DNA of 64,000 nucleotides from Shigella phage CWP003, in sequence record OL856099; one strand, 5' to 3'. The position numbers and the translations under genes are program-made. Positions 19,086 to 29,946 of the stretch are shown here, in pieces; within the stretch, counting starts at the first letter, position 1, and each line of letters opens with the position of its first letter. The notes beneath the pieces were generated by a model. That model was not told where the DNA came from and ran no database searches. It worked only from the letters and a program-made list of their open reading frames with translations.

Positions 19086-21266
19086 GTGTCTGACTCATTA
19101 GAAAAATTTGTTCTTCAATATACGGTGGACTTGAAAGAGTCCATCAATCGTCTTGAGCAATTGCAAGATAAGGTTGATCAGACAAATAAAAAGGCAAAGT
19201 CCGCTGGCAAAGACTTCACCGGAGCATTCAAAGATGTGTTCGGTGAGCTGAAGCCTCTCACAGCTGAACTGGGGTCTATTGACGGAATCCTTGCGCGGCT
19301 TACTTATCGCTTTGCCGCGCTCGTCCCTGTTGTCGCAGGATTGGCTGTCGTAGTCAAATCTATCGTTGATGTTCGAAAAGAATACGAAGCGCAAAGGAAG
19401 CTTGGATTTGAAGCAGGTCTTTCACCAATTGGCGTAGAGCAATTACAGCGGCAATTGAATGAAAGTTCAGGCGGAGTTCTTGGTGCGCAAGGGTCAAGGG
19501 ATTTAATCAGCAAGGCTTCTAATCTCGCATTCAATGCATACACCAACCCCGATGTGATGAACAAGGATAACTTGCTGCTGAACAAGATGGGGACCAGTCC
19601 TTTCAACAGTAACGGCGGCATCAAAGACACAAACCAGCTGCTTGATGAAATTGGCACAAAGCTGAGAAGTGTGAATGAGCAAACCGCTCGTGCTATTGGT
19701 GCTCTGGCAGGTTTTACCGCCGATGAAGTCCGTGCGCTTCGTGAGCGAAATCAATCAGTCAAAGAAAGCACCCGTATAAGCGACGAAGAAACGGCGAAGC
19801 TGCAAAGACAGCAGGCTGCGCTTGAAACGATACGAAACAGCATGGGCCAAATTCAAGAAGACTGGCGACGCATTGAACTGGTAATCGGCGAGAACGTGAT
19901 GCCAGCATTCTCGACGCTTGTCAGCAAGACTGCCGATACAGTCGAAGGATTCCAGATGATGTTCCAAAGAATGTCTGATGGATGGTCTGAATTTGTCGAC
20001 AATTTCATCGCTGACTTGAAGCACCCGTTTGATAAACAGGCGGCTGTCAACGAGCGCCACGAGCGTGCCGTTGACAGATGGATCACACAGATGGCAGACG
20101 GCGATGTGAAACGTCAGAGGAACCAGGAGCAAAACGCGGCTGAACAACGCTCTGCGCAAGCACTTTTCACTCGCGACATCAACCTGTTTTCAAGCGCCGT
20201 TTCAACCTTTGCTGGTGTTATTGATGAGCGACAAGCGTGGGCTGCATGGGCTGGTGAGATAGGACGAAGCGCAGGCCAATCCGCAATGCCTGGAACGCCA
20301 GCACTAAGCACTGGTGCGACCGTAGGTAACAACTTGGGGTCAGGCAATCCGACTGCATATGACTCAATCTATGAGGAAGCATCCAAGCGTTATGGAATCC
20401 CTGTTGCGATGATGAAGGCCGTAACAGAAGTCGAATCTGGATTCAACCCAAATGCCGTAAGCGGAGCAGGCGCGACCGGACTGATGCAAATAATGCCTTC
20501 CAACTTCAAGGGTCTTGGCATCACAGACGGTAACGACCCAAGACAAAACATTATGGGCGGCGCTCAACTTCTCAAGGAATATTTAACTGCTGCCAATGGC
20601 GATTGGAATCTTGCTCTGACGATGTATCACGGCGGATACGACCGCAGCGGATGGGGAAAGAACACCCGTGCATATCCTGGCAAGGTCATGGCTGCTCTCG
20701 AACGACAGGCGAATGGAGAATACGCCACGGGAGCGCCGCAAGGTGCACCAGTTACTCCAGTGCTTAGCGGTAGCGGAGCAGAAGCGCCGAAAGGAAGCTA
20801 TGCACCAGTACAAGGCCAATCCCGCCAAACGGTGCAATACAGACAGTTGCAAGAAGCCATTGCAGGATACCTAAACGTGCCAGTTGAGCAGCTGATGCAA
20901 GGGCAAGTTAACAAAGGTGATATTGACTTTGCTCAAACTTACCTTAAACTTGGAACGCAAAGGGATTATATTAAAAACATGCAGCTGGCTTCAACTCCAG
21001 GTGTAAGACCGAACATTCAGGCCGAAGCGATGAAGAATGCTCGTCTTGCGGCATTCCAGCTTGAGGCGTTCCAGAAATACGGCGGCGACCTCTCCGCGAA
21101 TAGTCGACCTGGTGGGCGTGATATTACTATGGGTCAGAAAAACGTTGTCATCAACGTCAACGGCGCTCAAGACCCACGAAGCACGGCTATTGAGACTAAG
21201 CGCGTGCTTGAACAAGATGATATCAACGACATAAACAACCTTACTGCTACACCTTTGAAGTGGTGA
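19086..21266 (+). CDS. Tail tape measure protein with C-terminal lytic transglycosylase (SLT) domain
   Basis: 726 aa; helical N-terminal part with a hydrophobic segment (ALVPVVAGLAVVV); C-terminal region contains SLT-type motifs (EVESGFNPNAVS...GLMQIMPSNF...YHGGY). Confidence 0.6.
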   Translation: MSDSLEKFVLQYTVDLKESINRLEQLQDKVDQTNKKAKSAGKDFTGAFKDVFGELKPLTAELGSIDGILARLTYRFAALVPVVAGLAVVVKSIVDVRKEYEAQRKLGFEAGLSPIGVEQLQRQLNESSGGVLGAQGSRDLISKASNLAFNAYTNPDVMNKDNLLLNKMGTSPFNSNGGIKDTNQLLDEIGTKLRSVNEQTARAIGALAGFTADEVRALRERNQSVKESTRISDEETAKLQRQQAALETIRNSMGQIQEDWRRIELVIGENVMPAFSTLVSKTADTVEGFQMMFQRMSDGWSEFVDNFIADLKHPFDKQAAVNERHERAVDRWITQMADGDVKRQRNQEQNAAEQRSAQALFTRDINLFSSAVSTFAGVIDERQAWAAWAGEIGRSAGQSAMPGTPALSTGATVGNNLGSGNPTAYDSIYEEASKRYGIPVAMMKAVTEVESGFNPNAVSGAGATGLMQIMPSNFKGLGITDGNDPRQNIMGGAQLLKEYLTAANGDWNLALTMYHGGYDRSGWGKNTRAYPGKVMAALERQANGEYATGAPQGAPVTPVLSGSGAEAPKGSYAPVQGQSRQTVQYRQLQEAIAGYLNVPVEQLMQGQVNKGDIDFAQTYLKLGTQRDYIKNMQLASTPGVRPNIQAEAMKNARLAAFQLEAFQKYGGDLSANSRPGGRDITMGQKNVVINVNGAQDPRSTAIETKRVLEQDDINDINNLTATPLKW

Positions 21267-21270
21267 TCAT

Positions 21271-22143
21271 TTGAAAAAGAGAATCCTTAAAGTCACCTTA
21301 TCCATGCCGGATGGCACAAGCCAAGTTCTTGATGAAGGATTGATGCTCAGATGCCGAATCAAAAAGGCAGCACTTTCCGTTCAGAATAAGGCCACGATTG
21401 AAGTCGCAGGATTGACAGGGTACTTGAGAGAGTACCTGCTTTCCAACTTCACGGCATTCAACAAACGTCTGCGTGATCAAGGTCAGTTGGCGGCGAACTA
21501 TGTTAACGTGACTATTGAAGCTGGATACAGAGAGGGGAGCGTAATCAGCAGCAACTTGGTATACAAGGGACAGGTGACGACGGTGGAGATAACAGCGCCG
21601 CCGCCGAATATCGTCATCAGAATCACGTGTTACACAAACCAAATAAACAGAACGAAGTTCATAACTCAAGCCGCGCCATCCAACCCGACTTTCAAAGAGT
21701 TTGTGGAATGGTCTGCAAAACAAATGGACATCGATACTGTTATTTGTGATACGTCGATTAACAATCAGCGACTTGTGAATCCAGGAAGGACGACATATGT
21801 TGCTGCTGCGCTGCTGCTTGAGATCCAGAACTATCAACGCAACTCCATCGCGGCATACATTGATGACGATACGTTAATTGTTAAGGATAAAGACAAAATT
21901 CTAAATCCAGACCAGATTACAGTCATTGAGGAATTTGTCGGAATACCGATGTGGAACGAGTGGGGTGCAGACTTCACTTGTATGTATAACGCAGATTTGA
22001 AGCTTGCACAAGGTGTTAAATTCAAATCAGTCTTAAACCCAAGCTTGAACGACACCACATTTGTCATCATGCAACTTGAATATGATTTAGCAAGTCGTGA
22101 TGATATATTTACGGTGACGGGCGGCGTTGCACCATCGGCATAA
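21271..22143 (+). CDS. Baseplate or tail-tip protein (hypothetical)
   Basis: Track ORF (TTG start per track); position after tape measure. Confidence 0.35.
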   Translation: MKKRILKVTLSMPDGTSQVLDEGLMLRCRIKKAALSVQNKATIEVAGLTGYLREYLLSNFTAFNKRLRDQGQLAANYVNVTIEAGYREGSVISSNLVYKGQVTTVEITAPPPNIVIRITCYTNQINRTKFITQAAPSNPTFKEFVEWSAKQMDIDTVICDTSINNQRLVNPGRTTYVAAALLLEIQNYQRNSIAAYIDDDTLIVKDKDKILNPDQITVIEEFVGIPMWNEWGADFTCMYNADLKLAQGVKFKSVLNPSLNDTTFVIMQLEYDLASRDDIFTVTGGVAPSA

Positions 22144-22145
22144 AT

Positions 22146-22667
22146 ATGAGAAAGAATAAAGTAATTGACTTGTTTGGCGTTACTTATGAAATTCATCAAT
22201 TCAGCGCAATAGATGCATTCGAAATGGTGGACGACATAAGCATATTAACTCCACTTGAATTATTGAGTGAATGTTATGTCATCAAATATGACGGGTCCAA
22301 AGTAAGGCTTAATTCTGAAAAAGTAATTAGTGAGGAAGTGAAAAGCATACCTAATCACTTGCCGCCTAATCTTGTGTTGAAAGTATTAATGGAAGCCGTT
22401 AAAAAGCACAACTTTGGATTCCTTAGCGATTGGAAAGGCACCAAGATTCCAAATAGATTCTTGGCGGATGCACCGACAGTAGAGCCTAATTATCTTGAGC
22501 CAATGGTTGCAAGTCTAATAAATAACGGCCTTGCCTCTTTAAAGGAGTTGGAAGAATACTATTCATTGCGTGATGCATTTGCCATGTTTGATGGTTTAAT
22601 AGCAAAATCACTTAATGAAGCCTACTCAAACGAAGCTGCCATTAAAGAATCAAAGTCAAATCGCTAA
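22146..22667 (+). CDS. Baseplate-associated protein (hypothetical)
   Basis: Track ORF. Confidence 0.35.
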   Translation: MRKNKVIDLFGVTYEIHQFSAIDAFEMVDDISILTPLELLSECYVIKYDGSKVRLNSEKVISEEVKSIPNHLPPNLVLKVLMEAVKKHNFGFLSDWKGTKIPNRFLADAPTVEPNYLEPMVASLINNGLASLKELEEYYSLRDAFAMFDGLIAKSLNEAYSNEAAIKESKSNR

Positions 22668-22724
22668 AATATTGCTTATAGACTCCTTATAGATTATAAT
22701 TTGTTGATCAGATATAAGGAGTCT

Positions 22725-23453
22725 ATGATGGCAGAAAAGTTAACCCAACTTACAAGCCCCAACCAAACTGACAAATCAAGTATGTTTGCCGCGCTTCAGG
22801 GAATGCTGGACCGTGGCAAGTATACCACTGATGGTATGATTCCTGCGCAAGTAATATCTTATGACCGCAAGAAAAATTTAGCAGTCATAAAACCTGTTAT
22901 TCATTTCGTAAGTCTTGATGATAAGCCAGTGGAGCGTCAACCTTTGGTGTCAATTCCGGTACTGGCAATCGGCGGCGGCGGATTCGTGATCAACTTCCCT
23001 TTGAAGGAAGGGGACTTGGGCTGGATATTCGCTGGCGACCGCGAGTTGTCGACATTCCTTGAAGAATTGAAGCCGACTGCGCCTACCAATGGCCGTGTAA
23101 AAACTTTCGCTGATGGACTGTTCATACCGGATGTATTCCGAAAATACACCATAAGCGGAGAGGATGCAGGGTCAATGGTAATTCAATCCCTCAGCGGCGC
23201 TGTGAGAATTGCACTAAGCGATGACTCAATAAACATAACTGCGTCTGCTGGAGTAAACGTCAAGACCCCGATAACCACTATCGATCAACAATTGATAGTA
23301 AATGGAAAGGCAACATTCAATGGTGGGATAGAAGGCAAAGAAGGAACGACGGCAACGCTTCCGACTGGTACAACGGTCGGCGGCATTGATGTATCCACTC
23401 ACGGGCATATCGGTAACGGGCCTGGAAACAGAACTGGGAATATGATAGAATGA
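22725..23453 (+). CDS. Baseplate central spike protein (gpV-like)
   Basis: Start ATG 22725 after an AAGGA RBS; C-terminal ...GIDVSTHGHIGNGPG is an HxH-type spike-tip motif. Confidence 0.45.
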   Translation: MMAEKLTQLTSPNQTDKSSMFAALQGMLDRGKYTTDGMIPAQVISYDRKKNLAVIKPVIHFVSLDDKPVERQPLVSIPVLAIGGGGFVINFPLKEGDLGWIFAGDRELSTFLEELKPTAPTNGRVKTFADGLFIPDVFRKYTISGEDAGSMVIQSLSGAVRIALSDDSINITASAGVNVKTPITTIDQQLIVNGKATFNGGIEGKEGTTATLPTGTTVGGIDVSTHGHIGNGPGNRTGNMIE

Positions 23454-24721
23454 GTGCACAATATTCTTACATAGTAAGCACTGGTGTGATCACCATTGAC
23501 ACGGCAGATTTATTGGCTGATGTTCAAGGTGAATGGATTGAGTCTTTAGGGGTCGGGCTTGATGTTGATGCTTCGACGCCGCAAGGCACGCTAATCGCAA
23601 CAGAAACGTTGGCAAGAACTTCAGTGATGAAGAACAATGCCGAATTGGGAAGTCTCATCAACCCTAACTACTCATATGGAGTATATCTTGATGCAATCGC
23701 GGCGCTTCTTGGTATCGAGCGCACAAAGAACGTAAGCACGATGTTGAAAGGTGTGACTGCAGAGGGAACGCCGCTGCTGGAAATTCCTGCTGGAAGTCTT
23801 CTTACTGATTCAAATGGTACATACTGGTATGTTCTGGAAGACGTTCAAATCACTTCGACTGGCAAGACAAGCAATATGACTCTTGCGTCAAAAGATTATG
23901 GATCATTCACTGTTACGCCTGATGAAGAGTTTACAGTGGTGCAAGGTTATGATGTCATCGGATGGTCAAGAACTTATTCAACGTCGGCAACAACGACCGT
24001 GCCAGGAACACAATACATGAGCGACGGAGCATTAAAGGCCGCTCGTGTTAAGCGTCTTTACCAGCAGGGCATTGCATCGCTTGGTGCCATTCGCGCTCGC
24101 GCCATGTCGGTCGACGGTGTAGAATCTGTGATGGTCGTTGAGAACGACACAGGAGCGCCTGGAACGGTGCGCGGCATCACCTTCTCAACGCCTAACGGTG
24201 TTTGGGTGTGCGCAAGCGGAACATTTGACAAGCAAGTGTTTGCGGAGACGATATTCAAGGCGAAGATGGGCGGTCAACCTTGGGACTTTGGCGCTGCTAA
24301 TCAAGGTGATCCGGTAAACTCGCCTGATGGAATCGAAGTGGTCGATGCAGAATCACAACTGTCTTATTTCGTCAAATTCAACACTGCAGTGATATATGAT
24401 TTGTATGTTGATATAACCGTTTCAAGAGGAACGGCTACCGCTGATGCTGAGTCTATTATTGCCGCTGTACTGAATTACGGCAATGGCAATTTTAACGGTG
24501 AGCAGGGGTATACAGTAGGGCAATCTCAATCTTCTTTTGAAATTGCTTCAGCAGTATCCTGCGAATATCCAGGACTTTACATCAAAGATTGCAAAATTGC
24601 AGCAGTCAAAAGCGGACAGGCAGCGCCAACTTATCCTTCCGATTATGGCAGCGAGTGGATTGCCAATCCATGGGATAAGGCCAATACCATGCGCGGCTTC
24701 ATCAACGTTAAATTTGTGTGA
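23450..24721 (+). CDS. Baseplate wedge protein (J-like, putative)
   Basis: 423 aa; follows the spike gene with a 4-nt overlap; position-based. Confidence 0.4.
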   Translation: MSAQYSYIVSTGVITIDTADLLADVQGEWIESLGVGLDVDASTPQGTLIATETLARTSVMKNNAELGSLINPNYSYGVYLDAIAALLGIERTKNVSTMLKGVTAEGTPLLEIPAGSLLTDSNGTYWYVLEDVQITSTGKTSNMTLASKDYGSFTVTPDEEFTVVQGYDVIGWSRTYSTSATTTVPGTQYMSDGALKAARVKRLYQQGIASLGAIRARAMSVDGVESVMVVENDTGAPGTVRGITFSTPNGVWVCASGTFDKQVFAETIFKAKMGGQPWDFGAANQGDPVNSPDGIEVVDAESQLSYFVKFNTAVIYDLYVDITVSRGTATADAESIIAAVLNYGNGNFNGEQGYTVGQSQSSFEIASAVSCEYPGLYIKDCKIAAVKSGQAAPTYPSDYGSEWIANPWDKANTMRGFINVKFV

Positions 24722-24727
24722 GGAACT

Positions 24728-27466
24728 ATGCAAAAGTTTGACACAAACCTGTTGCAAAACCTTAAGTGGATGCAGAACAACGCGCCAAACATCACATCTT
24801 TGGTTCAGAAGAAGAGTGACTGGTATGAGCGATATCAAGATCAGTTTTGGATTGACTGGTACAAGAACATATTCAACATTGATACTTGTGATGCAATGGG
24901 CATCTATATTTGGTGTGACATCCTATGCATACCAAGGGATTTTGTTGACTTAAGCAACTATGAGCACAACTGGGCGTTTGGACCCACACGCGACAACTTC
25001 GAAGGGCCGGACAATATCGGCGGCAACTTCTTTGGTGCTGGCGGAAAGGTTGTGAAAAACATCGAAGAAGCCCGCATCCTTCTGAAGCTTCGTTATCTGA
25101 CGCTTACAAGTGATGGCCGCATAGAAAGCATCAACCGTATGCTTAAGTGGATTTTCAACCGTGGAGAAGATTGGGATTACTCTTCATCGCGCTACGCATA
25201 TGTGACAGATAATACTCAAGGCGCGGTGTCTTCTTCTGAAGCAACAAACGGCTCATTCCTTCTGTACGACTGGCAGGGGTCAACTGAGATTCAGCACGAT
25301 TATAAACAAGTTCTTTTGAGCCACGGCAACAACGCAGGACTTACCATAAGTGGGGTGGCAGGGACCGTTTCGCGAATGGCACACCCAGACTGGTATTCAT
25401 GGGGCAATGGTTCCGGCGCTGGTATTGTCGGCGGCGATACACGACAATATGGCGGCCCTGACTATTACGGCCAACTGTGCGGTGACTACCCAGGAGAGGC
25501 CATAGAGAATTTCGCCAACGCAGTACGGGTCATCAAGACCGCTTCCAGCGGCGAGCCTGTGTATTCTTTGGCCAATAATCCAAGCGCCCAATCTATTGCG
25601 CTTCCTTCTCAGGCTGGTGTCAACGTTTGCTATAGCTTCTACATAAAAGTGCTTTCTGAAAACGTGGCTTCTGTTTCCGTAACAGAGAACAGTGATGCAT
25701 CGAGTAATGGAAAACTTTTCGACCCAGTGACTGGGCAGTTCAATCTTGACTCTTCTTTGAGTTATTTCATCACAGGCAAGTTCGACGGTGTGAGAAGGGA
25801 ATCAAACCGTGGTGGCATCAAGGCAATCGGCGGCGATTGGTACAGAATCTGGATTGTAGAGCAAACTGCAAACGCTACGGCTGGGGTGAAAACAAGCTTT
25901 TCAATTGAGTTGAAAGCAACTGCCGCTGGATCAACCCAGACTCGCGAATTGCCTGAAGGGTCTGATGCGCTTCTTTTTGGATACTCCATTTGTGTTTGCG
26001 ACCCTGTTCAAAATCCTAATGGGCCTGAGCCTTATTTCTATGGGACTCAAAATCCTCCTGCAGATGGAACGGCAATCCTGTCTGTTACGGCAGGAACGCT
26101 CAACAACATATCTTGCGCAAACGGTCCGTTGACCACAAGGGATGGCGTGGTAGGTGAATCATTCATGCAGCCTGGTTCATCGCTTGCATACTCTGGTTCA
26201 ATCGGCGGCTACCCGTACCCAGGAAACGCAACATTGATTGCAGAGACAGATGGAATCAGACGCTCATGGAACGTTAGCCGACTGGACGGCGTACCGCCGC
26301 CGCCGACCGCTGACTATTACATGGAATATGTCATCGGGCCTTATTTCGCCAACAACTTATCCGACAACTTTAAGACGCTAGTTGGCGACAGGAATGAAGG
26401 ATTCTTGCCAGCAAATGCCGGAATACGTTGGCAGCTTTACCAAGAAGTCGCAGACTTATCTGATATTGATTTGACCGTCAGCAACATAACAGACACGCGA
26501 GTAGGATTCGAAACGGAAGGTGTCGCATGGATTAACACTGACGGCATCATCAGAGTTGGCGGCATAAACGAGTGGCCGTTGAACAACTTCAAAGGTGTTA
26601 TACGACAGCTTGAATCTTTGAAAGGTGTGAACCAAGTTATCGACGGCGCACTTGTCAACGACTATTCAATCTCAAAAGCATCAAGAGATGACTTTGGTCG
26701 TGAAATCCCACGTGCTGCGATCACAAACTACTGGCGATACACACAGCCCAATGACGGCACATCTTTTGGAAATATCGTCAAGGACGGAGATAACACGGTA
26801 ACGGCGACGCCAATCAGCGGTGTGCCCAACCAGTTCCCATCATTCAAGCTTTCCGCTACAATAGGGACTGTGCCAGCGTCCGGCTATGCACGTGCTGTAC
26901 TTGCTACTAAATACACTGGCAACCTGACTGGTCCTTTGTCATTTATCGCAATAGTTAAAAACAACACGGTAAACGGTCAAAAACTTTTCGTAACCGTACC
27001 GGATGGTATGGGCGGCTATATCCCTAAATTCTACAGCATAGGCGCAGGTGATTTGCAACGCATCGAAATTGACCTTGCCGCTGAGATTGTTGCAGGAACG
27101 ACTTGGGATGGTTCGACAGGTGGAATCAGCATTGGTTTGATATCAGGGAAAGACTTGCCGACCGAAGTCGGTACGACTCTTGAACTTGATATTTTAAGCT
27201 TGATGCTTGTTTCTGGTAATACGATGAATGCGCTTGCGATTTCAACAAGCGAAGACTTTGCAAAGAAAACTGCAACTTCTATATACATCAAAAACCCAGG
27301 GTCACTGGCGACTGGAGTTCAATTGATAGCTTCGAATGGGGATGTTGTAGCGACAGTAAACTTTCCAAGAAGTGCTGCTGGCGGTTATGTTTCAAGCATG
27401 AATATAACTGACTCAACTGGTGATTGGGCATCAACCCTTTTATCAAAAATTAAATACATCGTGTAG
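24728..27466 (+). CDS. Large tail fibre or baseplate protein
   Basis: 912 aa; Gly/Ser/Thr-rich; precedes the distal tail fibre gene. Confidence 0.45.
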   Translation: MQKFDTNLLQNLKWMQNNAPNITSLVQKKSDWYERYQDQFWIDWYKNIFNIDTCDAMGIYIWCDILCIPRDFVDLSNYEHNWAFGPTRDNFEGPDNIGGNFFGAGGKVVKNIEEARILLKLRYLTLTSDGRIESINRMLKWIFNRGEDWDYSSSRYAYVTDNTQGAVSSSEATNGSFLLYDWQGSTEIQHDYKQVLLSHGNNAGLTISGVAGTVSRMAHPDWYSWGNGSGAGIVGGDTRQYGGPDYYGQLCGDYPGEAIENFANAVRVIKTASSGEPVYSLANNPSAQSIALPSQAGVNVCYSFYIKVLSENVASVSVTENSDASSNGKLFDPVTGQFNLDSSLSYFITGKFDGVRRESNRGGIKAIGGDWYRIWIVEQTANATAGVKTSFSIELKATAAGSTQTRELPEGSDALLFGYSICVCDPVQNPNGPEPYFYGTQNPPADGTAILSVTAGTLNNISCANGPLTTRDGVVGESFMQPGSSLAYSGSIGGYPYPGNATLIAETDGIRRSWNVSRLDGVPPPPTADYYMEYVIGPYFANNLSDNFKTLVGDRNEGFLPANAGIRWQLYQEVADLSDIDLTVSNITDTRVGFETEGVAWINTDGIIRVGGINEWPLNNFKGVIRQLESLKGVNQVIDGALVNDYSISKASRDDFGREIPRAAITNYWRYTQPNDGTSFGNIVKDGDNTVTATPISGVPNQFPSFKLSATIGTVPASGYARAVLATKYTGNLTGPLSFIAIVKNNTVNGQKLFVTVPDGMGGYIPKFYSIGAGDLQRIEIDLAAEIVAGTTWDGSTGGISIGLISGKDLPTEVGTTLELDILSLMLVSGNTMNALAISTSEDFAKKTATSIYIKNPGSLATGVQLIASNGDVVATVNFPRSAAGGYVSSMNITDSTGDWASTLLSKIKYIV

Positions 27467-27476
27467 AGGAACGGCA

Positions 27477-29261
27477 ATGCCAACACTTATTAACAGACCT
27501 TTCGCGCAAAGCGGTGATGTATCCGTGGTGCCGGATGCAAGCCCAAGCGGTTACGTGAACTTCCAGCGCGGCTACACACCTGACTATGCGCTTGCCCTGG
27601 AGGCTGGAAACGTCGCCGCGAAAGCTGTTGAGCGCGAATCCATGAACTGGTTGCTGAATTTGATTACAGACAACCTTATGTTTATTCAAGATCATGGCGC
27701 TCAACAATATTTCTCTTCTGACTTGAAGCCGGATGGATACCCGAAAAACGCCATCGTAGTAAGCAACTCTGGAACGCCTTCAGCGCCTGAGTGGCGCATC
27801 TTTCAAAGCGTGGTCGACGGCAACACAAGCGCCGTACCAGCCAACGGAGAAACGGAATCTTGGCAGGAATTAACGCTGCCCAGCGAAGCGCGAAAATACA
27901 TTCCGATGCCTGCTGGCGGCGATGCGCAAAACCCGTACTTTGTTCGTGGATTGATTTCAAGTTTTGTGGACTTCGATAATATCACGACTTCCACAACTAT
28001 CGTGATTCAATCCGATTCCGTCGCCGCTCTGTGCTCTAACATCCCGAATGCGGTTGGCGCAACGAAGGTTGCAGGTCGGCTGCAGGTCTGCGCTTGGCAG
28101 GTCGATGCGCAGACCTTTGCCTTGCAGCAATATACATCAATGAATGGCTATTTGTTTACTCGCTCTTATGCTTCTGGTGCTTGGAGTGCTTGGATTCAAA
28201 ATGCCACTGTTCAAGACGTGCAAATTGGAACGCCGAATCTTGCATCAGGTAAAGGAGCGCAAGACATAATCCTTACCGTCCCAGCAGGTTATTCATGGCC
28301 TCCGTCAGCAGGTAGTCGCCTGACAATCGTCAATGATGTAACGACTACCGGACCTGTCACAGTGACCATTGGTGTAAACAAAGTTGCCGTTCTTGGATTC
28401 GACGGCAGCGAGTTGCCAGCTGGCGCTATCGTAGGCCTGTTGCCATTCACCATCATCTATGACGGCACTGTTTGGCGTCTTCTTCAGGCATTCGGCGCGG
28501 CGCAAATCGGCGTTGATGCTACGGAGCCGCAGCAGTTTGTTACCAAAAGGCAACTTGACGCGCTTGCCGCGAAGTTGATTACCATGGGCGACGTATTCGA
28601 AGTTGGTGAGACTCGATTCCTTACCAACGGTACTAACCCAAACACTAAACTGGGCGCTTACGGTCAGGTATGGACAAGGTTGCCTGATAACATGGTGATT
28701 CGCACGTCTGGCACGGCGCGAAACGGTCTTGATACAGGCGGTGCAGACTCTGTTACTCTTACCGCTGCAATGCTTCCACTCCACAATCACAGTGTGAACA
28801 TTACCACGCGACAAAGTGGTCCATGGTCAAATACCACTGGAGACGCAGGCAACCATAACCATATAGGTGATACAAGCCAAAACGGTGCTCACTCTCACGG
28901 TATGGATGCGGCTGGCAACCACCATCACGACAGTGGATGGGGCGAGGCGTTTGCCGACCAAGCTCGATACGGAGTTTATGATGGAACAAACAACAACATT
29001 GGAAGCAGAAAGACGGATTATGATAACTACAAGTTCAACACTTCAACTAACGGCAACCATGTCCACAATATTCAATCTTCTGGTTCACACACCCATGGCT
29101 TGAATATTCAATTTTCCGGCAATCACAGCCACAGCTATACACTTCCCGCTCACACTCACGATGTGGTCGGTAACACTGGCGATGCAGGACAGTCCGTGCC
29201 GACGGCTGTTGCTACTTTGCCGCGATACGTTGTTTTGAATGGCTGGTACAGAAGCGCATAA
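27477..29261 (+). CDS. Tail fibre protein with His-rich HxH repeat tip
   Basis: Start ATG 27477 (AGAGGA RBS) after the previous stop; C-terminus carries repeated HxH motifs (HNHS, GNHNHIG, AHSHG, NHHHD, NHVHN, SHTHG, NHSHS, AHTHD) like metal-binding fibre tips. Confidence 0.6.
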   Translation: MPTLINRPFAQSGDVSVVPDASPSGYVNFQRGYTPDYALALEAGNVAAKAVERESMNWLLNLITDNLMFIQDHGAQQYFSSDLKPDGYPKNAIVVSNSGTPSAPEWRIFQSVVDGNTSAVPANGETESWQELTLPSEARKYIPMPAGGDAQNPYFVRGLISSFVDFDNITTSTTIVIQSDSVAALCSNIPNAVGATKVAGRLQVCAWQVDAQTFALQQYTSMNGYLFTRSYASGAWSAWIQNATVQDVQIGTPNLASGKGAQDIILTVPAGYSWPPSAGSRLTIVNDVTTTGPVTVTIGVNKVAVLGFDGSELPAGAIVGLLPFTIIYDGTVWRLLQAFGAAQIGVDATEPQQFVTKRQLDALAAKLITMGDVFEVGETRFLTNGTNPNTKLGAYGQVWTRLPDNMVIRTSGTARNGLDTGGADSVTLTAAMLPLHNHSVNITTRQSGPWSNTTGDAGNHNHIGDTSQNGAHSHGMDAAGNHHHDSGWGEAFADQARYGVYDGTNNNIGSRKTDYDNYKFNTSTNGNHVHNIQSSGSHTHGLNIQFSGNHSHSYTLPAHTHDVVGNTGDAGQSVPTAVATLPRYVVLNGWYRSA

Positions 29262-29269
29262 GGTGATTT

Positions 29270-29914
29270 ATGATTAATGCAAACGTAATATCTAAAGGGA
29301 CCGGATGCAGCATGGATGTTGCAGAGAAATGGGTGGACCATTTCAAGCAGGCTTGTGAGCACTACGGAATCAAAAGCAAGAATGCCATCGCGGCATTCCT
29401 TGCAAACGTAGGAGTAGAGACGGGCAGCTTGAAGACCTTTGTGGAAAATCTCAACTACTCTGCTCAAGGTCTTGCCAATACATGGCCTAGTCGTTACAGC
29501 GTCAACGGTCGCTCTGGAAGTGCCCCGAACTCATTGGCCCTGTCGATTGCCCGTAAACCTGTGGAAATCGCCAATAATACATATGCAAACCGCATGGGCA
29601 ACGGTTCAGTAGCATCTGGCGACGGTTGGAAGTACCGTGGCCGTGGTGCCATTCAGCTGACTGGAAAGGCCAACTATGCGGAATATACGCGTCAATCAGG
29701 CTATGATGCATTGAACAATCCTGATATTCTGACTGAACCAAAATACATTGCTGACAGCGCGGCATGGTTCTTTAAGAATAGCGGCTGTATTCCTCTTGCG
29801 GATGCAGGAAATTTTGATTCAACCGTTAAGCGGATTAACGGGGCCGCGCCGAACGCAGCAAACCACGGCGAGTTGCGAAGAAAGCGTTACAAGGATGCAT
29901 TAGCAGTTATGTAA
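29270..29914 (+). CDS. Endolysin, glycoside hydrolase family 19-like lysozyme
   Basis: 214 aa; motifs FLANVGVETGSL, NLNYSAQGL, DGWKYRGRGAIQLTGKANY, SAAWFF match GH19 phage endolysins as recalled from memory (no search run). Confidence 0.8.
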   Translation: MINANVISKGTGCSMDVAEKWVDHFKQACEHYGIKSKNAIAAFLANVGVETGSLKTFVENLNYSAQGLANTWPSRYSVNGRSGSAPNSLALSIARKPVEIANNTYANRMGNGSVASGDGWKYRGRGAIQLTGKANYAEYTRQSGYDALNNPDILTEPKYIADSAAWFFKNSGCIPLADAGNFDSTVKRINGAAPNAANHGELRRKRYKDALAVM

Positions 29915-29915
29915 G

Positions 29916-29946
29916 AAAAAGGCCCATATGGGCCTTTGTTTATTTT
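29916..29946. terminator. Bidirectional intrinsic terminator (AAAAAGGCCCATATGGGCCTTTGTTTATTTT)
   Basis: Perfect 6-bp GC stem with 2-nt loop flanked by an A-run and a T-run; lies between convergent genes. Confidence 0.55.
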
